Position numbers and translations under genes: made by a program. From NCBI GenBank assembly GCA_038227875.1, contig JBBRPR010000010.1, forward strand, positions 1 to 64,000: a stretch of 64,000 nt of DNA, written 5' to 3'. Under the pieces are notes generated by a model that was not told the DNA's origin, ran no database searches, and saw only the letters and a list, made by a program, of their open reading frames with translations. This stretch comes from Planctomycetota bacterium (GTDB taxonomy: Bacteria > Planctomycetota > SZUA-567 > H5-PLA8). Shown here piece by piece: positions 7,727 through 16,889 of this stretch; positions within the stretch are counted from its first letter, which is position 1, and every line of letters begins with the position of its first letter.

Positions 7727-9889
7727 TTGAGCGTACAGAACAGAGTCTTTGGCGCGTGCATGGTGGCGCTAACCTGCGTCGTCTCATGGACGTTGAAAGC
7801 GGAAGATTGGCCGGCCTATCGCGGCACCAACGCTGACGGCATCGTCACCGAATCTGGACTGCTGACCGACTGGCCCGCCGCCGGTCCGAAGCTGCTCTGG
7901 AGCGTCCCGCTTCACGACGAAGGCAAAAGTTCCCACGGCGGACCGTCCATCGCCGGCGGAAAAGTCGTGCTGCCGTTCCGCTCCGGCAACACCGACATCA
8001 TCGTCTGCCTCAGCGTCGTGGACGGCAAAGAACTCTGGCGTTACGCCTACGACGTTCCGTTTCGCGCCGAAGCGTTCGGCATCGGCATCCGGACCAATCC
8101 CACAATCTCAGGAAACCGCGTCTACACGCTCGCCTGCTTCGGACAACTCCATTGCATCGATTTTGAAACCGGCAAGCCCGTCTGGGAAAAGGATTTCATC
8201 AAGGATTTTCACGGCCGCATTCCCGGATTCGGCGAATCGGCATCGCCGATCGTCATGAACGGAAAGTTGATCTGCGAACCCGGCGGGAAGGAAAATTCCG
8301 TCGTCGCGCTCGACCCCGAAACCGGCGCCACGCTCTGGCATTCCGGCAACGCCGAAGCCTCCTACTCCACGCCGCAGAAAATCACCCTCGACGGTGTCGA
8401 TCAGGTGCTGGCGTTCATGGACACGGGTCTGTTTGCCTACGATCTGACCGATGGCAGGGAACTCTGGCGCTTCGATTACCAGGAAGAACGGCGCAAAAAC
8501 ATTCCGCAACCGGTCGTCGTCGGTAACACGATCTACCTGACGAATAATACGCTGGGATTCGCCGCCATCAAGGTCACCAAGCCTGTCGAGGACAGCGGCA
8601 AGTGGAATGTCGAGCGCGTCTGGTCGATGCGGAAGGAAAAACTCCACTATTCGTCACCCGTGCTGGGTGACGGCTGCATCTATTATCAAAACAGCAAGCG
8701 CGAACTGCACTGCATGGACCTGGCCACAGGCGAAGTCACCTGGTCGGCGCCCAACATGGGCCAGCAGTTCGCCACGCTCCTGCGCCTGGATCCGCATACG
8801 CTGCTGGCCGCTCTCGATGACGGCCAGGTCGCGCTGCTCGACGTCTCCGCCAAAGCCTTCCACGAAAAGGCGCGCTTCACCGCCGTCGACAAGACGTTTG
8901 TTCAGCCTTCGGTCGCCGATCACAAGCTCTTCATCCGCGATCACGAGCACCTGGCCTGCTACGATTTGAAGGCCGAGGAAATTCCCGCGCCCACGCCGGT
9001 CGCCGCCGTTCCAGCCGTCAAACCGCCCCCGGAGACAGGATTCCTCGCCACGTGGAAGTACAAACGCAACGATTTTTACGTCACCGCGCTTTCCGCTTTG
9101 GCGCTGGCTCTGATCGGTGTCTGGGCGCTCTCGCGCCGGGAAATCGTCGAAGCCGCCGTCGTTTGCGAAGCGGCGCTCGCCGGATGCATTCTGGCCATGC
9201 TCGCCGGCGGATTGCCCGCCGCGCATAAAGCGTTTATTCACTCCAGCCAATTCGGCGTGTTGATGCCGCTGCTGCTGGCCTGCATCGGCGCCTTGATTGC
9301 CGGATTTGGCCGGCTGTCTCCACTCACTGCGAATACGTCCCGGCGTGCGTGGATCGCCGGAGGTTGCTTTGCGGCCCTCATTTTTATTCTGTCGCGCATT
9401 CCCGTCTCCACCATCGACGTCAGTTCGATTATTTTCTCCACAGAATACGCCGGCACGCGCTCGGAAGTCTCCAACCTGAAGTACACCGTGGCCGCGACGC
9501 TGCCCCTGATTCTCCTCGCGCTCAGCGCCCCCGGCTTGCGCGCCCCGAAGCCCGTGCGCTTTATCCTGGCCATCTGGTTTGCGGTGATGCTGGGTCTCTG
9601 CACGCAGGCAACGGGCGGTGTTTTCGCGCTGGCCTGCCTGCTGCTGCCAGCGCTGATCGCCGAAAAGCTCGCCGCAAACATCCGGGCGCGAGTCCTGCTC
9701 GCGACGCTCGGGGCACTATTTTCGACCGTGGCCGGCTGGCTGCTGGCGCAGAATCACACCTACACGTTCGCCTTCCCCGCCGCCGCCGTGATGGTGGTTC
9801 TTCTCGCGTTCGCCCACGGTTTCAGACAGTGGGTACGCCGCGATCTTTCCCCGCTCTCCGTAACTGCACCTGTTCATCCCAACGCCTGA
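7727..9889 (+). CDS. PQQ-like/BamB beta-propeller protein fused to a C-terminal metal ABC-3 (ZnuB/MntB-like) permease domain
   Basis: Signal peptide, DWPAYRG, WPAAGPKLLW and repeated GxxxW blades. The last ~280 aa are multi-TM, with ABC-3-like LALIGVWALSRR and GVFALACLLLPALIAEKLA...VAGWLLA. Confidence 0.8.
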   Translation: MSVQNRVFGACMVALTCVVSWTLKAEDWPAYRGTNADGIVTESGLLTDWPAAGPKLLWSVPLHDEGKSSHGGPSIAGGKVVLPFRSGNTDIIVCLSVVDGKELWRYAYDVPFRAEAFGIGIRTNPTISGNRVYTLACFGQLHCIDFETGKPVWEKDFIKDFHGRIPGFGESASPIVMNGKLICEPGGKENSVVALDPETGATLWHSGNAEASYSTPQKITLDGVDQVLAFMDTGLFAYDLTDGRELWRFDYQEERRKNIPQPVVVGNTIYLTNNTLGFAAIKVTKPVEDSGKWNVERVWSMRKEKLHYSSPVLGDGCIYYQNSKRELHCMDLATGEVTWSAPNMGQQFATLLRLDPHTLLAALDDGQVALLDVSAKAFHEKARFTAVDKTFVQPSVADHKLFIRDHEHLACYDLKAEEIPAPTPVAAVPAVKPPPETGFLATWKYKRNDFYVTALSALALALIGVWALSRREIVEAAVVCEAALAGCILAMLAGGLPAAHKAFIHSSQFGVLMPLLLACIGALIAGFGRLSPLTANTSRRAWIAGGCFAALIFILSRIPVSTIDVSSIIFSTEYAGTRSEVSNLKYTVAATLPLILLALSAPGLRAPKPVRFILAIWFAVMLGLCTQATGGVFALACLLLPALIAEKLAANIRARVLLATLGALFSTVAGWLLAQNHTYTFAFPAAAVMVVLLAFAHGFRQWVRRDLSPLSVTAPVHPNA

Positions 9890-10065
9890 GACTTTTCTGT
9901 CGCCGTTCCTATGAAAAAGCGGTATTACTGAGATCGCGCCGAATGTTCATGCTCAAAAATACGTATCGCCGGTGATACAGGTCCGGCCTCTGCTCAAAAT
10001 CGCCCAAGGCAAGGTGTATTCGTTCTCGTCAGAGCAGTGCGACGATTCGATTTGGAGACACCGTC

Positions 10066-11991
10066 ATGACGCGTTCCTCCCTTATAGTAGTGTTGGTGGC
10101 CGCGAGTTTCTTTGGGCGAGTTCAGTCGGCCGATACCCCGAACGACTCGGCCAGTCCGCTTCCCAATGAGAAACTCGCCGCCCCGGCCGAACCGTCAATC
10201 CTGACGGCGAAGTCGCCCATCCGCATCTATGTCGATCAAATCGGCTTCCGCCCCGCGGCGCGAAAAATACTCGTCATCGCCGGCAACCAGGCGCTGCCGC
10301 CGACGCTCGATCTGGAAGTCCGCGACGCGAAAACCGGCGCCGCAGTCTGGAAGTTGAAGGACAATCCGACTGCGCTCAAGCCCTTCAACAACGGCCAGAA
10401 AGACGGCGCGTCAGGCGACTTCGTCGCGCACCTGGATATCAGTGCCCTGATCACGCCGGGCCGGTTTTACGTTGCGCTGCCGTCCGGCCGCTCATGCAAG
10501 TTCAACATCGCGGATAACGTCTACGCCGAAACCGGAATCGCCGCGTGGAAAACGTTCTACTACCAGCGCGCCGACGGCGACAAACCGGAGAAGTTCGCCG
10601 GCGTGTGGAATCACGGCGAAGCGTTCCTCGGACCCAACCAGGCCAAGGAAGCGCGCCTCTATAAATGGAATGGGCATCCGCACTACGAACCCGTCGGCTC
10701 GGAAGTCGCCGACCCCGCCGCGTACGATGTCCGCGGCGCCTGGTGGGACGCGGGCGACTTCACCAAGTACACCGGCAACACCGTCCGCTGCCACAACGAT
10801 CTGCTGCTGGCGTATCAGCTCGTCGCCGACGCCGCGAAGGACAAGCAACTCAACATTCCCGAATCCGGCAACGGCGCACCCGATATGCTCGACGAAATCC
10901 GCTGGGGCACCGAATACCTGATCCGCATCTGCGACAAAGACGGCGCGGCCTTCGGAAAATGCTTTCTCCAAGGCGGAAGCCCGCCCGACAGCGTCAAGAA
11001 TCCCGCGCAGCTGACCGTCACCACCAGCCAGTCCACGATGGCCCGGGCTGCCGCGCTGGCCTATGCCGCGGTGGTGTGGAAGGAATCGAAAGCCGACGAT
11101 AAGTTCGCGCAAAAGTGCCTCGACGAATCGCTGCGTTCGTGGAATCTGCTCAATGAACGCGCGCACCCGTGGCCCGTCGACCCGAAGAAGCCGGGTCAGA
11201 TTGCATACACCGGCGATTGGTTTGAACTCGATTACCACCAGATGCGCGCGCTGACCGCCGCGTGTTATTTCAAATTCACGGAAAAGGCCGAGTACCACGA
11301 CATCTTCAAAGCCGAATGCGCCAATCTCGATTGCGCCAAGGGCAAGGCCTTCGAACCGGGCGAAGGCGGCGATCTCCACCCGCTGGTCTGGGTCTATACG
11401 CACACCAAAAATGCCGACCCCGCGCTGGCCGACAACCTCCGCAAATCGATCCTGGGTTGCGCCGACAAAACCGTGACGTGGACCGGCGACGGTCACGGTT
11501 ACGAGATGGCGATCAAAGGTTTCTGGTGGGGCAGCAATTCGCTGGTTGGCCGCACCGGCGCCGTCTGCGTGATTGCTGCGGAGTTGACTGACGACAAGGA
11601 AGCCCGCAAGCGCTACCTTGACGCCGCTGAAGAGTACGTTCACTACCTGCTCGGCCGCAACGCGCTGGGTAAATGTTTTCTCACCAACATGAAGCCGCTC
11701 GGCGCTGAAAATTCGATCATGGTCATGTTTCACTCGTGGGTTGGCGCCGATGGCAATGCCAACAGCGCCAAATACATTGGCGAAGGTCCGGGTAAAGTCG
11801 GACCGTTCCCCGGCATGGTCGTCGGTGGCCCTAATGGTTCGATGAAGCGCTATGTCGAAGGCTTGAACTGGCAGGCCAGCCCGTGGGAATTCAACGAGCC
11901 GGACATCACCTATCAATCGCCGTGCTGCCAGTTGCTCGGATACTTTGCGCTGAAGTCTGATAAGCTCAAATCTTCCGACGCGAAGAAGTAA
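10066..11991 (+). CDS. secreted glycoside hydrolase family 9 with N-terminal Ig-like domain
   Basis: Signal peptide, IYVDQIGF, FYYQRA, DVRGAWWDAGD, PESGNGAPDMLDEIRW, HYLLGRN, NEPDITYQ. Confidence 0.9.
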   Translation: MTRSSLIVVLVAASFFGRVQSADTPNDSASPLPNEKLAAPAEPSILTAKSPIRIYVDQIGFRPAARKILVIAGNQALPPTLDLEVRDAKTGAAVWKLKDNPTALKPFNNGQKDGASGDFVAHLDISALITPGRFYVALPSGRSCKFNIADNVYAETGIAAWKTFYYQRADGDKPEKFAGVWNHGEAFLGPNQAKEARLYKWNGHPHYEPVGSEVADPAAYDVRGAWWDAGDFTKYTGNTVRCHNDLLLAYQLVADAAKDKQLNIPESGNGAPDMLDEIRWGTEYLIRICDKDGAAFGKCFLQGGSPPDSVKNPAQLTVTTSQSTMARAAALAYAAVVWKESKADDKFAQKCLDESLRSWNLLNERAHPWPVDPKKPGQIAYTGDWFELDYHQMRALTAACYFKFTEKAEYHDIFKAECANLDCAKGKAFEPGEGGDLHPLVWVYTHTKNADPALADNLRKSILGCADKTVTWTGDGHGYEMAIKGFWWGSNSLVGRTGAVCVIAAELTDDKEARKRYLDAAEEYVHYLLGRNALGKCFLTNMKPLGAENSIMVMFHSWVGADGNANSAKYIGEGPGKVGPFPGMVVGGPNGSMKRYVEGLNWQASPWEFNEPDITYQSPCCQLLGYFALKSDKLKSSDAKK

Positions 11992-12019
11992 GAAGACCGA
12001 CCTCGATGAGATCTTGAAA

Positions 12020-13078
12020 ATGAAAACTCGCCTTGCACTACTGCTCTGCGTACTCGCCGCATCCCTGCGCGGCGCCGATGCGCCTGCTCCCGCCACTGAT
12101 AAAGGTGAAAAGTCTGACGTGATCGCCACCGCGCCTGCCACTGTTCCCGGAGTCTCCATCGAAAAAGTCGCATTCCACGGCTGGAAAGACGCGTGGAAAA
12201 TCAGCAATGCCGCGTGCGAGCTGATCGTTGTGCCGCAAGTCAGCCGCGTGATGTCCTTCTCGCTTAAAGGCGGCGAAAATTTGATCTGGATTGCACCGAC
12301 CGCCAACGGCCAGGTCTACCCACAGGCCAGCAACGAGTGGCGCAACATCGGCGGCGATAAAATCTGGCCGGAGCCGCAAGCCGTGTGGGGCTGGCCGCCG
12401 CCGTATTTTTTCGACAACGCACCGTCTGACGCCGAAGCGATCCCCGGCGGCGTGCGCATCCTCACGCAAAAAGTGTCGCCGCGGCTCGGCAGCATTCTCG
12501 TCCGGGAATTCGTGCTCGATGCGGAAAAAGCGCGCGTCACCGTCCGCCAGCATTTCGAAAAATCCGTTGGCGAACCGATTCCCATGACACTTTGGAATAT
12601 CACGCAGGTCCGCAAACCCGAGTACGCGCTGCTGCCGCTGGGCGCGGAGGACGATAAGAAGCTGCGCTACCGCGGGTTTGGCGACAAGAAAATCGAAGCG
12701 CCGGCGTTGCAGATTCACGACACGGTGCTCTCGCTGCGCAACGACGAGGCCGGCCCGAAAGTCGGCGTCAGACCGCTGCCCGATGGCAGCAACCGCTGGG
12801 TCGCCGCCGTCTACCCCAGCTGCCTGCTGCTCGAATCGCGACAGATCGAAAAAGGCGCTGCCTATCCCGACGAAAATTGCAACGCCGAACTCTTCGCGTC
12901 GCCTGCGAATCTCGGTACCTATATTGAACTGGAATTGCTCAGCCCGGTTAAGGCACTCAAGCCCGGCGAAACGCTCGCCGACGATTCTGTCTGGCAACTG
13001 GTCCCGCTGACCCCCGCGCAGGCCAAGGATCCCGAACAGGCCGCCGCCGCCGCGCGCGCGGCGCTGGTCAAACCGTAA
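12020..13078 (+). CDS. secreted DUF4380-like (galactose-mutarotase fold) protein
   Basis: Signal peptide, VVPQVSRVMSF, GGDKIWPEPQ, WNITQV, YIELELLSP. Confidence 0.7.
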   Translation: MKTRLALLLCVLAASLRGADAPAPATDKGEKSDVIATAPATVPGVSIEKVAFHGWKDAWKISNAACELIVVPQVSRVMSFSLKGGENLIWIAPTANGQVYPQASNEWRNIGGDKIWPEPQAVWGWPPPYFFDNAPSDAEAIPGGVRILTQKVSPRLGSILVREFVLDAEKARVTVRQHFEKSVGEPIPMTLWNITQVRKPEYALLPLGAEDDKKLRYRGFGDKKIEAPALQIHDTVLSLRNDEAGPKVGVRPLPDGSNRWVAAVYPSCLLLESRQIEKGAAYPDENCNAELFASPANLGTYIELELLSPVKALKPGETLADDSVWQLVPLTPAQAKDPEQAAAAARAALVKP

Positions 13079-13081
13079 TCC

Positions 13082-13921
13082 TCATTCCGTATTGACGTGC
13101 GTCCGTGCGTACAACTGCCGGAAGGCGCGCGGCGAAAGTCCCTGCCGCTTGCGGAAGATGCGGCGGAAATACCCGCTGTCCTGAAATCCGACCTCGCGTG
13201 AAATCTGATCGATGTTCTGCGTGCTTTCCATCAGCATCCGGCGCGCGGACCGCAATCGCATCTCATGAATTTCGTCGACCAGCGTCCGGCCGTACGCCTT
13301 GCGATACACGCGGCCCAGATAATCTGCATTGCACGATAGCGCCGAGGCCAGTTCCGCCGTGCTGATCGCTTCGTGAAATCGCGTCTGAATCAGCAAGCGT
13401 GCGCGGGTGGCCAGCGCCGCCGCCGCATCGCTGGGCCTGCCGCCCGCGCCGCCGCCATGCGACGAGGAGACTTCGCAGAGCATCAACAGGATCAGCAGCG
13501 CCGCGGGAACCGGCTCCAGGCGGCCACTCTCCTGGTCGTCGAGGAATCGGTGGAACAATTCTGCCAGGCGGTCCTCGGCGCGCAGCGTTGCGTGCTGCGG
13601 CACCGCCAGCGGCGCAGACTTGCCCCTCGCTGCCGATGCGGGCAGCTGGAAATGGATCCAGTAAAACGAGAGGTCCGGCGGATACGGCCGCGTGCCGCGG
13701 TGACGCCGGCCAGGCCACAGCAGCAGCGTCTGCCCGGGCCCGACTTCGAAGTCGCGATTGTCCTCCTGCATGGAGAGTACGCCGCGCCGCACGAAGATTA
13801 ACTCGTGGGAATCGATGACGCGATCGTTGTGAATACCCTTGCCACGCGAGACAAAAAGACCGGCGTTGCACGCCTTCAGTGCGGGTGCGGCGGGAACGCT
13901 CAGGAAATCCGCTGTAGCCAT
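13082..13921 (-). CDS. AraC family transcriptional regulator
   Basis: N-terminal cupin (HELIFV, FYWIHF) and C-terminal double HTH (VGFQDSGYFRRIFRKRQGLSPRAFR). Divergent from GH127. Confidence 0.92.
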   Translation of the reverse strand: MATADFLSVPAAPALKACNAGLFVSRGKGIHNDRVIDSHELIFVRRGVLSMQEDNRDFEVGPGQTLLLWPGRRHRGTRPYPPDLSFYWIHFQLPASAARGKSAPLAVPQHATLRAEDRLAELFHRFLDDQESGRLEPVPAALLILLMLCEVSSSHGGGAGGRPSDAAAALATRARLLIQTRFHEAISTAELASALSCNADYLGRVYRKAYGRTLVDEIHEMRLRSARRMLMESTQNIDQISREVGFQDSGYFRRIFRKRQGLSPRAFRQLYARTHVNTE

Positions 13922-14044
13922 GAAATCTCCGTTTGAGTCGGAATTGTCCCTGTTTTATACGCTACACGCGTCTTACGAAAGCGATTTCCATGAGGTATTT
14001 TTAGTCGTGTGACCTGACCACCATCAAAAGCTTAAGGAGCTTTC

Positions 14045-15928
14045 ATGACCGCCTCTACTGCCGCACACGCCGTCCCCGTTTCCTTCGCTCGTGTGAAGAT
14101 CGACGACCGATTCTGGCTCCCGCGCATCAAGGCCAACCGCGAACAGACGATTCCCTGCAATTTCCAGCAATGCAAAGAGACCGGCCGTCTCGATGCGTTC
14201 AAACTGAAGTGGAAGCAAGGTGAGCCCAATCCGCCGCACATTTTCTGGGACTCCGACGTCGCGAAGTACATCGAAGCCGCAAGCTACAGTCTCAAAGCGC
14301 ATCCCGCCCCTGAACTCGATGCGAAACTTGACGCCTTGATCGCCGACATTGCGAGCGCGCAGCAGCCCGATGGGTATCTGAACACGCACTTCACCGTTGT
14401 GCGTCCCGAGAAGCGTTTTACGAATCTGCGCGATGAACACGAACTTTACTGCGCCGGCCACATGTTCGAAGCGGGTGTCGCTCACTTTCAGGCGACCGGC
14501 AAACGCACGCTGCTGGAGGTCTGCTGCCGCTACGCCGACTGCATCGCCACCGTGTTCGGCACCGGCCCTGGGCAGAAGCGCGGCTATTGTGGACATCCGG
14601 AAATCGAACTGGCGCTGATCAAGCTGTATCATGCCACGAAGGAAAAACGGTATCTGGAATTGTGCCGCTTTTTTGTCGATGAACGCGGCCGCGAGCCGAA
14701 TTACTACAATACCGAAGCGCTCGCGCGCGGCGACGATCCGAAAAATTACTGGGCCAAAAACTACAGCTATACGCAGGCACACAAGCCGTTGCGGGAGCAG
14801 GATGAAGTCACCGGACATGCCGTCCGTGCGATGTACATCTATACCGCCATGGCCGATCTGGCCGCCGAGCTAGACGACGCCCCGCTGCAGGCCGCGTGCG
14901 AACGTTTGTGGAAACACGCCACCACGAAATTGATGTACGTCACCGGCGGTCTGGGCAGCTCGCGCCACAACGAAGGCTTCACGTACGACTACGACCTGCC
15001 GACCGAGACTGCCTATTGCGAAACCTGCGCTGCGATCGGCTTTGTTTTCTGGAACCAGCGCATGCTCCATCTCACGGGAGACGGCCGTTTCGCGGACGTG
15101 ATCGAGCGGGCGCTTTACAACAGCGTGATTAGCGGCGTCTCGCTCGACGGCACAAAATTTTTCTACGAAAACCCGCTCGCCAGCGTCGGCGCGCATCATC
15201 GGCAGGCGTGGTTCGGCTGCGCGTGCTGCCCGCCGAATATCGCGCGGTTGCTCGCGTCGCTGGGCGAATACATCTATTCCGAAAGCGACGACAGCGTGTC
15301 GGTGAATTTGTACGTCCAGAGCGAAGGCTCACTGCGCGTCGCCGGCCAGAACGTGAAGGTGAAGCAGCAGACCGACTATCCATGGGACGGCGCCGTGCGC
15401 ATCACGGTCAGTCCCGAGCAACCGGCCCCGTTCGAACTGAAACTGCATCAGCCCGATTGGTGCGGCAAGCTGAGCGTCTCGGTGAACGGTAGCCGCGTCG
15501 AGGCCATTGCCGCCAAAGGCTACATCTCGATCCAGCGCGAATGGAAAGCCGGTGACGCGGTGGAGGTAAAACTCGAGATGCCAGTCGCTCGCGTCTATTC
15601 CGATCCGCGCGTGCGCATGAACTGCGGCCGCGTCGCGCTGCAGCGCGGGCCGCTCGTGTACTGCCTGGAGTCGGCCGACAACGGCAAGGAACTCAATGCC
15701 GTGGAACTGTCGCGCCAGCAACCCATCGAAGCGACGTTCGACGCGAACGTGCTCGGTGGCATGGTGACGCTGCAGGCCCGCGCCAAAAAACTGTCGAGTG
15801 ACGGCTGGAGTGGACTCTACCGCCCCACGCCCGCAGCCGGCAGCGAGGTGAAGCTCAAAGCGATTCCGTATTTCGCCTGGGATAACCGCGAGCCGGGCGA
15901 GATGCTCGTCTGGATTCGCGAGAGCTGA
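14045..15928 (+). CDS. glycoside hydrolase family 127 (beta-L-arabinofuranosidase-like)
   Basis: FWDSDVAKYIEA, HELYCAGH, GHPEIELAL, GHAVRA, YCETCAA, CACCPPN, IPYFAWDNR. Confidence 0.93.
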   Translation: MTASTAAHAVPVSFARVKIDDRFWLPRIKANREQTIPCNFQQCKETGRLDAFKLKWKQGEPNPPHIFWDSDVAKYIEAASYSLKAHPAPELDAKLDALIADIASAQQPDGYLNTHFTVVRPEKRFTNLRDEHELYCAGHMFEAGVAHFQATGKRTLLEVCCRYADCIATVFGTGPGQKRGYCGHPEIELALIKLYHATKEKRYLELCRFFVDERGREPNYYNTEALARGDDPKNYWAKNYSYTQAHKPLREQDEVTGHAVRAMYIYTAMADLAAELDDAPLQAACERLWKHATTKLMYVTGGLGSSRHNEGFTYDYDLPTETAYCETCAAIGFVFWNQRMLHLTGDGRFADVIERALYNSVISGVSLDGTKFFYENPLASVGAHHRQAWFGCACCPPNIARLLASLGEYIYSESDDSVSVNLYVQSEGSLRVAGQNVKVKQQTDYPWDGAVRITVSPEQPAPFELKLHQPDWCGKLSVSVNGSRVEAIAAKGYISIQREWKAGDAVEVKLEMPVARVYSDPRVRMNCGRVALQRGPLVYCLESADNGKELNAVELSRQQPIEATFDANVLGGMVTLQARAKKLSSDGWSGLYRPTPAAGSEVKLKAIPYFAWDNREPGEMLVWIRES

Positions 15929-15934
15929 ATGTTG

Positions 15935-15970
15935 TTTTGACCTCTGGAGCAATTGCTCCGGAGGTCAAAA
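15935..15970. repeat. 36-bp near-perfect palindrome (REP-like or terminator)
   Basis: TTTTGACCTCTGGAGCAATTGCTCCGGAGGTCAAAA, with one G-T pair. Confidence 0.7.
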
Positions 15971-16073
15971 TGCCGTGGTAACCCCTGTGCCCATTGGCAC
16001 AGTGGTTCTGTAGTTTCCAATTCTCACGGCGCTCATTAAAATCTCCGCTTCCTCACAAACGGAGATTCCACTC

Positions 16074-16862
16074 ATGCCCACGCAATTTCCCTGGCGGCTT
16101 TCCGAAGTGACGCTCAAAGACGTGCGCGCCGCGAATTATGAAGTCGCGGTGCTCCCCTTTGGCGCGACCGAGCCGCACAATCTCCATCTGCCCTACGCCA
16201 CCGACAACATCGAAGTAACGGAAATCTGCGACCGCGCCTGCGGTTACGCGTGGAAAAAAGGCGCGAAGGTCGCGCTGCTGCCGACAGTCCCCTATGGCTG
16301 CGACCAGAACATGATGGAATTCCCGATGACCATCAGCGTCGACCAGTGCCAGCTCGACGGCATTGTCGAATCCGTCGCCAAATCGCTCGAAAAGCACGGC
16401 GTCCAGAAACTCGTCGTCGTCAACGGCCATGGCGGCAACCAGTTTCAGCCCGGCATCCGCACGCTTTATGGAAAGTGCTCCGTCTTCGTCTCGCTGATCA
16501 GCTGGTATCAGGCCGCCGCCGCCGACGGTGGAAAAGCGATCTTTGAAAACAACAACGGCGACCATGCCGATGAGATGGAAACCAGCGTGGTCCTCGCGCT
16601 GACCCCGAATCTGGTGAACATGGCCGACGCCGATGACGGGCTCTGCCGGCCATCCCGCTTCGAAGGCGGCCGCAAGGGTTGGATCTGGTACCCGCGCCCG
16701 TGGGAAAAGCTGACGACCAACTCCGGCGCCGGCACACCGCACAAAGGCACTGCTGAGAAAGGCTGGAAGTACATCAAGCTCGCCGAAGAACGCATGGGCG
16801 AGTATTTCACGCAGCTCGCGAAAGAACCGCGCGACAAGTATTTCCCGCTCAAGGCGGAGTGA
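16074..16862 (+). CDS. creatininase/creatinine amidohydrolase family protein
   Basis: GATEPHNLHLPYATD, NGHGGN, DHADEMETS. Confidence 0.9.
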   Translation: MPTQFPWRLSEVTLKDVRAANYEVAVLPFGATEPHNLHLPYATDNIEVTEICDRACGYAWKKGAKVALLPTVPYGCDQNMMEFPMTISVDQCQLDGIVESVAKSLEKHGVQKLVVVNGHGGNQFQPGIRTLYGKCSVFVSLISWYQAAAADGGKAIFENNNGDHADEMETSVVLALTPNLVNMADADDGLCRPSRFEGGRKGWIWYPRPWEKLTTNSGAGTPHKGTAEKGWKYIKLAEERMGEYFTQLAKEPRDKYFPLKAE

Positions 16863-16889
16863 ACGGCGGCTGCGAGCCAAGAGCCGCCA

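Noticed and set aside
10492..12306. Long antisense ORFs (e.g. 604 aa here, also 24594-26150, 32829-34589, 57944-59332)
   Set aside because: They are shadows of well-supported genes on the opposite strand in GC-rich, codon-biased DNA and carry no recognisable motifs.
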